Shown in pieces: positions 9,301-17,598 of a DNA stretch of 52,579 nucleotides. Location of the stretch: positions 1 through 52,579 of the IMG/VR virus record IMGVR_UViG_3300009786_000016; one strand, 5' to 3'. Every line of letters starts with the position of its first letter. The stretch's first letter is position 1. A program made the translations under genes and the position numbers. The stretch is from a virus. Lineage: Duplodnaviria > Caudoviricetes. Below the pieces are notes generated by a model. The model made no database searches. It was not told the origin of the DNA and was given only the letters and a program-made list of their open reading frames with translations.

Positions 9301-12150
9301 ATTGGTAAGAATATGAATAAGGGGGATAAGCAAGACTGGAAAGTATTCAGGAACTATCTTGATGAGCTTAATACTCCAACATTTTGGCGTAAATCTTGGG
9401 ACTTTATACTAGGTAAGAAGACTATTCCAGAGATACAGAGGGTTTATTATGCTAGTTTCCCAGCTACAATAGATAGAAACCTTCAGAAATCCCCAGCTAT
9501 GAGACAACTGAAAGATACTATCGGACCTTATGAAGACAGGTTAGGTAATACTATTATGGGTAAGATTAAAACGCCTGTAAGTCCTATAGCCGAGATACAA
9601 CAGTTCTCTGGTAAATCTACAGAAATTTCTATGGCACAGATAGAGCAGGAAAAGGGAAAACTGAAAGAAGCACTAGCACCATATGTTAGTGCTCTCCCTG
9701 AAGGCGATGCGTTTTTTGATATGGCTATTGCTATTAGAGAACGTGGAATGATTCAAAGAGTATTGAGACAGAAGACTAAAAACCCATTACTTACACACGA
9801 TGAGATGGTATATGAACAGCCTTGGAAAGAGATAAGAGAAGCTTTCTATAAAATGCGTGATAAAAATTTTAAGGTTGTAGTAGGTGGTAAGGTTAACTTA
9901 CTAACTGGTGGTGAGGTTATAACAAATATTAATAAGATTATCACTAAGCAGAACGAGGTTACACATAGATGGTTAGTTGGGAATCCCAAATCTATAGATA
10001 AGTGGCTTAGTATAGCTAGAGAAGGTGGGGATAAAGAGACTTGGAAAGGTTTAGATAAGCTAAGGATGGATTGGTTTAAGTATAATGAGGAGCTCATTAG
10101 GACTGGTAAGCCATTACCTATTGAAGAGTTAGGAATAGATGGGGTAAGGCAAATTGGTAAAAGGATTATAGGCAGTTTTATACCTGAACCAATGAGAAAA
10201 TCTGGCGAATTACAGAAGCTTATTGATAAGATAGAGATTACATCAAATGATATGACTGGAGAGCTTCCATTTGAGACCTATTTCCCGCATATAAACTTCG
10301 ATAGAAATATTGCTACTGCAAATTTAGACAAAGCTATAGAGACTATCACTAAGCAGTATAAGAATGGTGAAATAGAACTAGAGGAACGTGATAGAACATT
10401 GAAGCGTTTAATGACGCACTATCGTCAGGTTACTGGTGATTGGTTAGCTAAAGACGAGATGAGTGAGAACTTCGATGCTATGCAAGAGGTTCTTCAGGCT
10501 ACTGCTGAAGGGAGAAAGAAAAAAGCTCAGAATATTCTTTCTGGTGGATTAAAGAAAGTAGGTAACCAGTTTTCAAGAAAGGCACATCTTGGTGGATGGG
10601 ATAGAAGTCCTGAAGCATACGATAATTATATGAAACAAATCCTAGATTCTTTTTATAAGCAGTCTATGCAGATACAGAATAGAATTGTTATACAGGAATT
10701 TGGTAAAAGATTTATCAAATCAAGTGGTGATGCTAAGTTGACTAACTCTTGGCAGAACTTCTTTAAGCTTTACGCTCAAAGTGCTATGGGTTATCCATCA
10801 CATATACCTGAGACAGTAATGAATGACTCTAATATGAAGCTTAAAATGACCCCATATAAGTGGTTTGCCGATAGTCAGACAAAGAAACGTGTTGATTTTA
10901 TCAGGAAAAAGCTTGGTATAGGGCGTAAAATGCTCAAAAAATGGGGCTTAGACAAGAAAACCATTGATGAGTTGAGTGGTGTATCTTATGGTACGTTGAA
11001 TAATTGGTCTGCTATGGAAGCTAAATACCAATTAGCATCTCTACTAGCTCACCCTAAAAGCTCTATTGCTAACCTGTATGGTGGTACTGTACATACAGTT
11101 ATAAACTCTGGTTACCAGAACTGGAGAAACGCTAGAAGTTTTGAATATTTAAAGACCCATATTAATCCAGAATGGAAAGGGATGGAAGACGTAGAGAGAT
11201 GGTTACAGAATTTAGGTGTTACTGAAGAATTTTTAATCTATGAAGCCGGGCTTAATCCTAATATTAAATCACAAAGATATGAGAACTTTGTTAAAGATGT
11301 AGCTAAAAAACTAAAGAAAGACCCTAGTATGGCTGATAAGACATTGCTAGAGTTAAAAAGAAAGCATAAGCTTACTGAAACTATGTGGAATGCCGCCGCA
11401 TCCTTTATGCGTGTACCTGAAAGAGTGTTACGTAGAGACGCTTTTATGTCTCACTACTTACAGGCTAGGGAAAAGTTTGGTAATGCAATAAAAGATTATG
11501 ACCACCCTTTCTTAATAGAGATGGCTAAGAAGGGTGTTAAAGCAACGCAGTTTTTGTATAGTGCTCCGTATAGACCGATGTGGACTAATTCAGCTCTGGG
11601 TAGGGTGTTTAGTAGATTTCAGTTATGGAGTTGGAATAGTGTTAGATTTAGAAATGACACTATAAGAGAAGTACAGCTCAGGGGCGTAATGCCGGGTACT
11701 GAGGCTTTCGATAGGATGGTAAGGTTAGCTCAAGCTGATGCGTTTATGTTGGCTATGAGTAACTTATTTCTATATAGCCTCTTTGAAAGTGCCTTGCCAG
11801 CACCGTATAATTGGTTCCAAGATACTGCTGATTGGCTAATGGGTGATGATACAGATAAAGAGAGAGCTTTCTATGGCTCTGTTTTAGGACCAGCACAGAT
11901 GATTGCTCCACCATCAATGAGATTAGTAAGTCCTATGTTTAAGTGGTTATTACACGGCGATTCTGAACGTCTTACTGATTACTATCTATGGACAATGTTG
12001 CCTTTTGGAAGAATTATTAGAGATATATGGGGTCCGGGCGGGGCTCTTGAGAATCCTTACTATGCTGTGACGAAGGTATCTGGAATACCTATCTCTCAAA
12101 TAGGTAAAACCTTAGCAGATGAGTCTGCTTACAACCCTAGAGGATACTAA
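3352..12150 (+). CDS. Giant putative virion-packaged DNA-dependent RNA polymerase (double-psi beta-barrel, crAss-like/RNAi-RdRP-related)
   Basis: 2932 aa. Catalytic-type motif LGGADLDGD (DLDGD at nt 7105-7119), preceded in the expected order by TDGGLIG, LGKYM, PESGIK and MRVP. Lies among ejection-protein genes. Confidence 0.8.
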   Translation: MALIPPEGWEPKGDQKSIRDAVFKYRTNPELFDEDSVDDLETNASHFRIPFARSEEHQDAAIFRFIKQAAQGWSEGFTTLPPEKLGFGSEPKTTGEGIARNLGHLAGFIGYLPGRRWMPALKALQGRSVPMAVAGAVQRRVVKKVNPMLKEMGPWALKASKGNLLSDMASGAFHLGVASGVSSWTHGVDEIIKSSMYGAGFGAAFRGIGNLPGFGNKLKAGSQIDMATGMPVLKTLSPGQKADLGIRTMAGSVFQGLPSTLQGATTEEQVYNYIMGGYFGLKEQPFQTRKSREFLIKSMKDKTGPIPKEHPEYEGLTEFMKEIVDRDHMEFFGPEESRNMTYDLLSGGRLDIEDIEKLAENNDVDLEGIKVDPVTGEKYDAITRDTIQKYRDDLVEKGAYEDMGELDSHIAKIEDLAKSGQPLVSFVQTHLKGNWEKEDHPEIAMMKIAADVNQVWKGLHYTAKDGYSRPKKNANKEMEEYFAETHGTTLNEEQSGWWRAFYEQNRRKKPVQLLTMEDGVIKFMDGPTNALGNRKDLHFEPPLIEGLFKRERAETGNKLDEPFYTYLDHMIFKGREYELFKAPKDLARDMFQAERNKEENSDFTNYELRQYLEKKAKGIIDKSIGQSIQELNSHGYYYLGGKGDAKRMYFVKYHPKLKNNDPFFKNTKKLIKEAYGKLPKDHPNYMTGEQWDKYYKSGKQRFLKSLALGAKDGERIYDKSMLSNYLYDITFNGFEIKPNNAQDLYSSTSLSEGFQKVIGSGYINNAKGYNKRAQIWFNTGLSATPEYISERVLDTDGRAFNVRIFSEAKTPQDADGRVEVGRLLNSEQAESTDGGLIGRSDVVDSLNSDKGLPTSGGVNKSFIVSPDPKDGALLGKYMIHTASPELEKWMHEENVHILAPESGIKQLGERVPESLKYDESTDTWDMPLKDYKVPIYAFRTIMSEKTSEKYIKPQNLPKQMYSTLSAFGSVDGSSDVIKAMYADLSRSAMLGTPEANELIRKWEKSPKNETAEALSEKLDEIPIPKLMSLLRDPNGVNLATKLYKKLLRHNDDMLAGLAEEGEISKDQYAKESKVNQEFSTALDRLLQLYPEGNIGAYLHKFSRDYRMVAIRNFIVNRLTRPKIDNSAVSRMRPMDPAWLVKDEHGQYKYPMGELEVRDDIFFLDNGMKQKIIRDPVLIKGRERLGHIWEDLKGGKYEKNKDYVEEIFNSAVMRVPMDSMSGTNILKFKGFTGVKGYGVLLHSRAMRALGGADLDGDKAFIFFGGEGGLKKEYKDMYGSQREEFTAIGRDAIGNKVHLETHNKNEKDLLEPGSLREQFIKNDPEIKAEGNTPYSYYDPYWRHFMSEGAATGRDVLGLAVTQRSAIIGAYNAIRGYTGKESAEFMVTLTNSDGIELKNKKGGIRKATAWLKDGVFSMPFADKNGNIMRVEFKTKTDAKSLRAFRQRARTLIALGSDPMDEAGLQDPMTFSKKLMDPLFEYTVRSQKGQVSKVDKWWTTALRSGDPKAQHLVGRGLQRLFAKVNSVVYSKNYQENRRWSFAEIQAATHSLDFLPEQSRNTLLPMLSKDIAGLNWTDNMFRRVDFPMLKALYLEHQDTAKKEDWMKEVLDRKTLGTPMGKLIEMIMERKLYTPDGAEKLSRDKEGFEKLIDEKYGKAKGADGKYYDLYTVGEIPWGFRPRKTGNPDYRRAFIEHLVLKAEDYIVNDLSDMVTLKRITEIIKKNKLSNSEVSELHKMSEYIKDLHYMKSSIRKSNEGETKDFAWREEAPEGIKIEDFADSNMAQDKSSVKADQIIIDQQIREYKKDMSAAKEELFDTFLLGTFQRGNTNKVQELRSQRYLAPQEQEILELLEKQSKNTALSRVALNSPSVADINIRRFFEEYNNLFKKVGGDGKVDLDALSDGIVAKEKVVNLKDGDGKRWEGQIIEEADLSSKDNKYLDEVEPFRGLTKGAIKDPELKEIYLDLKAHLETTLHNSDAKNINFLFRGIIGKNMNKGDKQDWKVFRNYLDELNTPTFWRKSWDFILGKKTIPEIQRVYYASFPATIDRNLQKSPAMRQLKDTIGPYEDRLGNTIMGKIKTPVSPIAEIQQFSGKSTEISMAQIEQEKGKLKEALAPYVSALPEGDAFFDMAIAIRERGMIQRVLRQKTKNPLLTHDEMVYEQPWKEIREAFYKMRDKNFKVVVGGKVNLLTGGEVITNINKIITKQNEVTHRWLVGNPKSIDKWLSIAREGGDKETWKGLDKLRMDWFKYNEELIRTGKPLPIEELGIDGVRQIGKRIIGSFIPEPMRKSGELQKLIDKIEITSNDMTGELPFETYFPHINFDRNIATANLDKAIETITKQYKNGEIELEERDRTLKRLMTHYRQVTGDWLAKDEMSENFDAMQEVLQATAEGRKKKAQNILSGGLKKVGNQFSRKAHLGGWDRSPEAYDNYMKQILDSFYKQSMQIQNRIVIQEFGKRFIKSSGDAKLTNSWQNFFKLYAQSAMGYPSHIPETVMNDSNMKLKMTPYKWFADSQTKKRVDFIRKKLGIGRKMLKKWGLDKKTIDELSGVSYGTLNNWSAMEAKYQLASLLAHPKSSIANLYGGTVHTVINSGYQNWRNARSFEYLKTHINPEWKGMEDVERWLQNLGVTEEFLIYEAGLNPNIKSQRYENFVKDVAKKLKKDPSMADKTLLELKRKHKLTETMWNAAASFMRVPERVLRRDAFMSHYLQAREKFGNAIKDYDHPFLIEMAKKGVKATQFLYSAPYRPMWTNSALGRVFSRFQLWSWNSVRFRNDTIREVQLRGVMPGTEAFDRMVRLAQADAFMLAMSNLFLYSLFESALPAPYNWFQDTADWLMGDDTDKERAFYGSVLGPAQMIAPPSMRLVSPMFKWLLHGDSERLTDYYLWTMLPFGRIIRDIWGPGGALENPYYAVTKVSGIPISQIGKTLADESAYNPRGY

Positions 12151-12469
12151 TGTGGATGAAGCTCCAAAGACTGCAAGAAGTTATCGTGGTACTGTTGTTG
12201 ATGATAATGCTATTGTTTCTATTAACCTCAAGTGGCTCGGACAGTTACTGGTACTTGTGGGTATGCTCGTGTATGGTTATTGGCGTATCGAGAGTAGACT
12301 TGGAAGCCTTGAGGAAGCGATGCTTACGGCAGATGTTAAGATTGGGGACCTCCTTGGTAAACATATCGTGGAAGAGACTCTACAGCGAGAGCAGTTAGAA
12401 GAAAAAGTAAACTTCTATGAAAAAGAGTTTAACATTAACCCACTTAGTTGGGGTCGTAAAAAGAAGTAA
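12119..12469 (+). CDS. Small membrane protein with one TM helix and a coiled coil (true start probably GTG near 12152)
   Basis: Hydrophobic segment WLGQLLVLVGMLVYGYW followed by a charged heptad region. Confidence 0.55.
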   Translation: MSLLTTLEDTNVDEAPKTARSYRGTVVDDNAIVSINLKWLGQLLVLVGMLVYGYWRIESRLGSLEEAMLTADVKIGDLLGKHIVEETLQREQLEEKVNFYEKEFNINPLSWGRKKK

Positions 12470-12559
12470 ATGTGCGAATTATACTACATTGCGTTACGCA
12501 GTGTGAAAAATAAGGATTTAGTATGAAAAACAGTTACAAATTATCAGGGTGTACCCATA

Positions 12560-12748
12560 ATGCCTATGCCTAACCACTGTATAGATTGTGATAAGCCAGT
12601 CCAGAATACTGATACGTGGTTATGTGACCATTGCCAGAACAACGAAGACCAAAAGAAGATGGCAAAGACTAGCAATATAGGCGTTCCAATGGATGTTTTA
12701 GACAGAGATAGGGAAAGAAGGATAAATGACGAAAGCGAAGATACTTAG
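12560..12748 (+). CDS. Small Zn-finger protein
   Basis: CIDC...CDHC motif; overlaps the start of the next gene. Confidence 0.55.
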   Translation: MPMPNHCIDCDKPVQNTDTWLCDHCQNNEDQKKMAKTSNIGVPMDVLDRDRERRINDESEDT

Positions 12749-14414
12749 TAAAGCCGCAAGCGTAGTTGGTAAGTCTCCTTTAGCGAAAAGAGTCTTAAAC
12801 GCTAGTAAGGTAGCTACTGATGCAGTACAGGATATGTTTTATGCTAATAGGCATAAAATGACTGTTGAGCAATATGCTCTCCAAAGACAAACTCTTGAGG
12901 CAGAAGCGACGGAAATAGCCCTAAAAAGAACTGTAGGAGCAGGTCTTAGCCCTAGGTGGTCTCAAATTTATAGGGATACGGGTCGTATACAAGGCAAGAG
13001 CCAAGATATGGCTGATAATTTTATTACAACTGTAAAGGGAGCCACTAACGAGGCAGATATAAGTAGAGCTGTAAAGGTTCTTAAGACTGAAGAAAGAATG
13101 GGTCTCTTGGAGGATGTTAGCAGAGGAAACTGGGGCTCTGAGCGTGTTAAGAAGAATATAAAATATTACGATATACAAGGCTCTAGAGTTAATCAAAGTC
13201 AGCATCCTGAGCTATTCGACCACGCAATGGAAAGACAGGGTTTTGGATTAGATGCACTCGGTAATAGGATTGGTCCTGTTAATGAGGCTACTGGTCAGAT
13301 GCTTAAGCCCGTCTTAATGAGACCAAAGAGAAGTGGTGGAAGCTCTCCCCATTGGGATATGTCTAAAGACGAGAATCTAAATATGGTTCAATATATGCTA
13401 CATCAAGGCAAAAAGAATAAGATGGATTTGGAGGATATGTTACCTTGGTTTGGGGATGACTATGCAAATGTTATAATAGGTAGAATTGCTAAGCAGAATA
13501 ATATAACCAAAGAGGCGGCTAGGGGCTTGCTTTTGCAGAACGGTGGCTTACCTCAGGCACAAATAAAGAATGGTAGCTTATTTATCGACCAAGTTGTAAT
13601 GGCTAAGACTGATTTTACTATGGGTTTTGCTCCTGTGAGCCTAAGAATACGACCTCATAATAGTAATATTGAAATGATGATGCACGATGTTTGGGACAAT
13701 GGTTCTCCCGGAAGCCCATTATGGAAGTTATGGACTGCTGATTATAAAAATTTAATGATGTCCCATTCTAATGTTTATAATAGAACAGGTAGTGTAAAGA
13801 ATTTAAGAGACACTAAGTTTTGGAAAAATGTAGAAGAAAATGTTGGTAGAGCTTTAGTTAATCCAGACAAGAAAACACTAGCTGGTAGACAGATTTTAGA
13901 GAGTATGAATATCCACCATAATGGAGGCAAGAAGGCTACTGCTGATGAGCTGTTAGCTAGACTTGAAACTCATATGGATTACCAAGTTGGCTTTGGTAAG
14001 AGGAACCCTATTAAAGTTATGGACGAAGTTCAAAGAGCTTTATCTGGTAAGAAGCCTGATACTAAGTTTATAGAAAATTTATATAATAGTGGACAATTAG
14101 AAATAGATGTAGATGCCGCTAGACACCTAGCGAGACTGCGTAAAAACTCTAGTGTTAATTATAAACCAAGGAAAGAGACCCACGAGTCTTTTTCAGACTT
14201 GCCTTATGGTGATAAACTTAAGCAATCCCTAAGTAAGAAAGATGTGAATTGGGTAGAAAAACTAATAACCCATATAAATAAAGTAGGAAATGAGAAAATT
14301 ACAGACGAAGCCATACAAAGTTTTATTGATAAAAGACTTACACCAACTCTTTTCTATGGTAGTGTAGGTGGTTTGGGTGGCTATGGACTCTATAAATCAG
14401 CCCAAGATGACTAA
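12726..14414 (+). CDS. Hypothetical protein (562 aa), last gene of the plus-strand arm
   Basis: Long ORF with a Gly-rich hydrophobic C-terminal tip; no motif recognised. Confidence 0.7.
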   Translation: MTKAKILSKAASVVGKSPLAKRVLNASKVATDAVQDMFYANRHKMTVEQYALQRQTLEAEATEIALKRTVGAGLSPRWSQIYRDTGRIQGKSQDMADNFITTVKGATNEADISRAVKVLKTEERMGLLEDVSRGNWGSERVKKNIKYYDIQGSRVNQSQHPELFDHAMERQGFGLDALGNRIGPVNEATGQMLKPVLMRPKRSGGSSPHWDMSKDENLNMVQYMLHQGKKNKMDLEDMLPWFGDDYANVIIGRIAKQNNITKEAARGLLLQNGGLPQAQIKNGSLFIDQVVMAKTDFTMGFAPVSLRIRPHNSNIEMMMHDVWDNGSPGSPLWKLWTADYKNLMMSHSNVYNRTGSVKNLRDTKFWKNVEENVGRALVNPDKKTLAGRQILESMNIHHNGGKKATADELLARLETHMDYQVGFGKRNPIKVMDEVQRALSGKKPDTKFIENLYNSGQLEIDVDAARHLARLRKNSSVNYKPRKETHESFSDLPYGDKLKQSLSKKDVNWVEKLITHINKVGNEKITDEAIQSFIDKRLTPTLFYGSVGGLGGYGLYKSAQDD

Positions 14415-14504
14415 GGGGAACCTCCTTCCTCACATAGTCACCCATAGTCACCCTCTTAGTCAATCAGTCGCTTCCTTTAGATGAATCATTTTAAAAAGTT
14501 TGAA

Positions 14505-14534
14505 GAAGTGCCGGTAAAAAGTTACCGACACTTC
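14505..14534 (-). terminator. Hairpin at the convergence of the two arms (probable terminator)
   Basis: GAAGTGCCGGTAA-AAAG-TTACCGACACTTC. The one mismatch is a G-U pair on the minus strand, which is followed by a pyrimidine/T-rich stretch. Confidence 0.55.
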
Positions 14535-14560
14535 GTCTTACTGTAATACCTGACACTACG

Positions 14561-14782
14561 CTATGGCAATATAGATATCGCAGGTACTACTAGATTATTA
14601 AAATAAGAGCATCCGGTATTCACGGTACACCGTTTCCCTTCCTTTCTCTTATCCATCCACTGACATAGCAATGGTTTCTTGCCGTCTTTACGTCTTATAG
14701 TTATCATAGCACCACTACAATTACCATTAGACCAATTAGCACAATGATTTCTTGCTTTGTTCAGATTAGTCTGTTTGTTCAT
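14561..14782 (-). CDS. Cys-rich hypothetical protein (possible metal binding)
   Basis: 73 aa with five Cys; GGAGG SD upstream. Confidence 0.6.
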   Translation of the reverse strand: MNKQTNLNKARNHCANWSNGNCSGAMITIRRKDGKKPLLCQWMDKRKEGKRCTVNTGCSYFNNLVVPAISILP

Positions 14783-15002
14783 AATGCCTCCATCTTATAA
14801 GATAATACTGTTCATCATTCATTTCCCCACTATTTATAAAGTTGTGGGCTTGTTCTAAGGCTGATGGCAGGTCTGCTTCTCTGGAAGCCAACCATCCATA
14901 ATTTGTCAACCTATTCTCATAGATATCCTTTATTTCAAGCATAGTGCCATCATCCTTATTTATTTGACTACTATCAATGTCTTTTCGTCTTCTGCGTCCC
15001 AC
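14766..15002 (-). CDS. Hypothetical protein
   Basis: Tiles the minus-strand operon; start position uncertain. Confidence 0.5.
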   Translation of the reverse strand: MGRRRRKDIDSSQINKDDGTMLEIKDIYENRLTNYGWLASREADLPSALEQAHNFINSGEMNDEQYYLIRWRHYEQTD

Positions 15003-15379
15003 TTGGATGTTACCTTTATATCAGTAATTAATTTATCAATTTCTGTACAAATGTCCAACTGATTATCTGCGTGTTGATTATTGTAGAGACAATGTAGTCC
15101 TGACAGGATAAAAGATATTGATTTTGGCTTGATTTTAAGGTTGTTTCCCTCGCCTGAAGGAACCAACTTAGCATCGGTTTCTCTTTTATTGTCCAACTCA
15201 AGAAGAGTGGCGGCTAAATAAACAGCCAAGTCAGCAGATTCCTCTATAGACTCTTTTAGATTATTTCTACCGTTCTCTCCCTGAATTGGAATATCCTGTC
15301 CATACTTGCTCTGTCCTAAGTCTAATCTAGACCGCAACAGAGCAAGCACTTTATCATTTGTTGTTACGAGGTTCGCCAA
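14960..15379 (-). CDS. MazG-like/all-alpha NTP pyrophosphatase-type protein
   Basis: RLDLGQSKYG...ESIEESADLAVYL matches the GxxKYG and EExxD pattern of phage all-alpha nucleotide pyrophosphatases. Confidence 0.5.
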   Translation of the reverse strand: MANLVTTNDKVLALLRSRLDLGQSKYGQDIPIQGENGRNNLKESIEESADLAVYLAATLLELDNKRETDAKLVPSGEGNNLKIKPKSISFILSGLHCLYNNQHADNQLDICTEIDKLITDIKVTSKWDAEDEKTLIVVK

Positions 15380-15624
15380 ATCCTCGTACCTACAATACTG
15401 TTCTCAACCCTTTTCCGCAAGACAAATTTTCTGTCCATCTTTTTACCTAGGCGAGCAGTAGCTTGTGAAAGGTTTACTGATTTATGCCTTAATGTAGGAA
15501 TAAATACAGATTGATTGGGGTTAAGCATTGATATAAAAGCATACTTGCTCTTATATGTAGCACTTCTTCCGCCTGTACTAACAGGTGGAATAGGTACTCC
15601 TTCATCAAAAGTATAGTTACTCAT
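15364..15624 (-). CDS. Small conserved phage protein, probably DNA-binding
   Basis: Pattern EGVPIPP...SKYAF..L..NQSVF...RIWR is common in small phage proteins. Confidence 0.55.
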   Translation of the reverse strand: MSNYTFDEGVPIPPVSTGGRSATYKSKYAFISMLNPNQSVFIPTLRHKSVNLSQATARLGKKMDRKFVLRKRVENSIVGTRIWRTS

Positions 15625-15625
15625 C

Positions 15626-16063
15626 TTAGTAACGTCCTCCTTTAGCGAGCTTCTTCATTACATACATACTAAGTTCAGCGGGAAGCTCTTGTATTAGCTG
15701 GATAAGTATGTTAAAGTCCTCTTCATCTAGTGGACCTTTGCGTGTGTTGCAAGTCTTGCATATTAGTTGCAGATTCTCTGCAATAGTATCCCCACCCTTA
15801 CTTAGTGGTACTATGTGGTCACAAGCGATAGTTCTAAATGTTAATACTTTTTCACAGTATTTACACTTCTGTCCATACATCTCATAGAACATCTCTCTTA
15901 TTTGTCCACTACTTATTTCAAAAGTTACGTCATATTCTAGGCTTCTTCTCTTTAGACTGCCTCTTAAACTGCTCATTTTCGAAGATAATTTCTTGTATGA
16001 TTGTTTCCAGAATGTCCTATGAATAGGAACCAGCTTATCTTTAAAGTCCGTTTTTGATAGCAT
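15626..16063 (-). CDS. HNH endonuclease
   Basis: CKYC...DHIVPLSKGG...NLQLICKTCNTRK. Confidence 0.9.
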   Translation of the reverse strand: MLSKTDFKDKLVPIHRTFWKQSYKKLSSKMSSLRGSLKRRSLEYDVTFEISSGQIREMFYEMYGQKCKYCEKVLTFRTIACDHIVPLSKGGDTIAENLQLICKTCNTRKGPLDEEDFNILIQLIQELPAELSMYVMKKLAKGGRY

Positions 16064-16250
16064 CTCGTTTCATTATCCTTTGGTATAAGCCAGACTTACG
16101 CATTTTATTAAGTCTTAATTTTGTTTTTAATTGGGATAGTCTCTTAATTGCAGATGCACCTAAGCCACGTTCCTTAATTAATTTTTCGTAAAGGTTTATA
16201 GAACCTTGTAAGCTTATCTTTTCGTCAAACCCATTATTATATTTTCTCAT
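16041..16250 (-). CDS. Basic hypothetical protein
   Basis: AAGGAG SD upstream; tiles the operon. Confidence 0.6.
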   Translation of the reverse strand: MRKYNNGFDEKISLQGSINLYEKLIKERGLGASAIKRLSQLKTKLRLNKMRKSGLYQRIMKRDAIKNGL

Positions 16251-16413
16251 TTTTTAACTCCTTTCGAATATCGTCCAATACTCCCATTATCTGTTTCTTA
16301 TTTTCCTTAACTACAACCTTTAGTATATCAACAGCTATCTGCGGTATTGCAGAGTCATAGTTTAGTTGATACCCCTTATACTTATTAAGGGTTTGTATTA
16401 TTTTATGATACAT
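16237..16413 (-). CDS. Hypothetical protein (58 aa, not in ORF track)
   Basis: Translated by hand: MYHKIIQTLNKYKGYQLNYDSAIPQIAVDILKVVVKENKKQIMGVLDDIRKELKNEKI, with AAGGAG SD. Confidence 0.6.
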   Translation of the reverse strand: MYHKIIQTLNKYKGYQLNYDSAIPQIAVDILKVVVKENKKQIMGVLDDIRKELKNEKI

Positions 16414-16431
16414 ACTTGTCTCCTTTTACCA

Positions 16432-16467
16432 ATGCAACGAGGGAGTCACGGATGACCCCCTCTGCAT
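16432..16467. promoter_or_regulatory. Intergenic hairpin (possible terminator or processing site)
   Basis: ATGCA-AC-GAGGGAGTCA-CGGA-TGACCCCCTC-TGCAT lies between two minus-strand genes. Confidence 0.4.
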
Positions 16468-16472
16468 AGTAG

Positions 16473-16730
16473 CTACGCTAATGTATACTCAGCGTACTTG
16501 TTGCCCGTGTGACTTTTAACTCGTTTGGTCTCAATATCGTTTCCCTCTGTTCGCAGTACGTTAATTACTGCGGCTAGTCGAAAACAACCACACCGATTTA
16601 AAGCCATCATAGGCGTAACAGGGATACCCTGTTTTAGCAAGTCTAAGATTATTAGCTTTTGGCTAGTATTACGTCTTGGCATAAATTCCTCTCTGAAATT
16701 ACAGGGTGAATGTGAATCCCGAATTTCCAT
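16473..16730 (-). CDS. Winged helix-turn-helix protein (true start probably MPRRNTSQ)
   Basis: SQKLIILDLLKQG.PVTPMMAL..CGCFRLAAVI..LR..G.DIET is a typical phage wHTH pattern. GAGG SD precedes the internal ATG. Confidence 0.7.
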   Translation of the reverse strand: MEIRDSHSPCNFREEFMPRRNTSQKLIILDLLKQGIPVTPMMALNRCGCFRLAAVINVLRTEGNDIETKRVKSHTGNKYAEYTLA

Positions 16731-16885
16731 ATTGTGAATACAATATCTATTGACTTTGTTCTGTGCATTATTCCACTATCTAGCATCGTATTAGTTTTCA
16801 TTATCACTCCACCTATTTGGAAAAACTTTAATAGAGTTATGTATATTCCTTTTGGCACTATAAAAATGTCAAGGAAATTACTCAC
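16652..16885 (-). CDS. Hypothetical protein
   Basis: AAGGAGG SD upstream; start overlaps the gp157 stop. Confidence 0.5.
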   Translation of the reverse strand: MSNFLDIFIVPKGIYITLLKFFQIGGVIMKTNTMLDSGIMHRTKSIDIVFTIWKFGIHIHPVISERNLCQDVILAKS

Positions 16886-17421
16886 TATGACCTCCTTATT
16901 CTTTTTACTTTGGAGATAGAAAATCCCGGAATCTTTGCCCCTTGTACGAGCACCTCACGAGCTTTCTTTTTGTCTATAGCATCTGTCATTACAACCTTTT
17001 TAAAGTCATCAGGGATTTCATCTTCGTTCATTATTACGACAGGACCCCAAGTTTCGTACAATTTGTACCTTGCAGTGTCTGTCTCATAGACTCCATTTTC
17101 GTCTCCTAGTTCTTCAACAACCATTGGAATCAATGTATTATTAAAGTATCCTTTGAGACTTTGGACAGCCTTCCTTCTTACCTTCAGCCTTAATTCTTCA
17201 CTTTTTATAGCTTCGATTTCAGCGTCAATAAGATGTTCTCGTCTACTTAACTCAAGCATAAAGTGGTCGATACCATCAACCTTTTTCCTTATTGTTTGCT
17301 TTACAGTTTCCATAGCACTCACCACTTCCGTGATGTCAGAATCATCAGTAGAATATTCAGCCTGTATTTCAAGGTCTATGTATTCTCCTAATAAGTCTTT
17401 AGTTGTCTTTTTAACAACCAT
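16885..17421 (-). CDS. Siphovirus Gp157-family protein
   Basis: Coiled coil followed by VVI.NEDEIPDDF....DKKK....L..G.KIPG, characteristic of Gp157. Confidence 0.8.
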   Translation of the reverse strand: MVVKKTTKDLLGEYIDLEIQAEYSTDDSDITEVVSAMETVKQTIRKKVDGIDHFMLELSRREHLIDAEIEAIKSEELRLKVRRKAVQSLKGYFNNTLIPMVVEELGDENGVYETDTARYKLYETWGPVVIMNEDEIPDDFKKVVMTDAIDKKKAREVLVQGAKIPGFSISKVKRIRRS

Positions 17422-17598
17422 CTAAGTGTCCTCCATCATTATGTCGTGCTTTGGTTTGGAATTTTGTTTCCTTACCTCTGTTTCGATAATGTACTCTACC
17501 TGTTTCTTTAGTGACCGTTTATCTTTTCTTGCCATTTCAGACAACAGGATTTTTGTTTTAGGGCTAACCTCAGCCTTAAGCATATGTGTCTTTACCAC
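17422..17598 (-). CDS. Ribbon-helix-helix (Arc-like) DNA-binding protein (58 aa, not in ORF track)
   Basis: GTG start with AAGGAG SD; sequence includes HMLKAEVSPKTKILLSEMARKDKRSLKKQVEYIIE. Confidence 0.6.
   Translation of the reverse strand: MVKTHMLKAEVSPKTKILLSEMARKDKRSLKKQVEYIIETEVRKQNSKPKHDIMMEDT

Noticed and set aside
1696-10097. Minus-strand ORFs inside the ejection and RNAP genes (and similar antisense ORFs elsewhere)
   Set aside because: They are shadow ORFs of long coding genes, with no SD sites or recognisable motifs.
3352-12150. N4-type (T7-like) virion RNAP or tape-measure protein
   Set aside because: The motif set is DxDGD two-barrel type, I saw no T7-family motif arrangement, and the tail genes are podovirus-like.
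14434-14453. ATAGTCACCC direct repeat as an att site or iteron
   Set aside because: Only two adjacent copies exist, and there is no integrase or host DNA in the window.
15626-16063. HNH gene as an intron-encoded homing endonuclease
   Set aside because: It is free-standing and tightly packed with its neighbours, and no flanking gene is interrupted.
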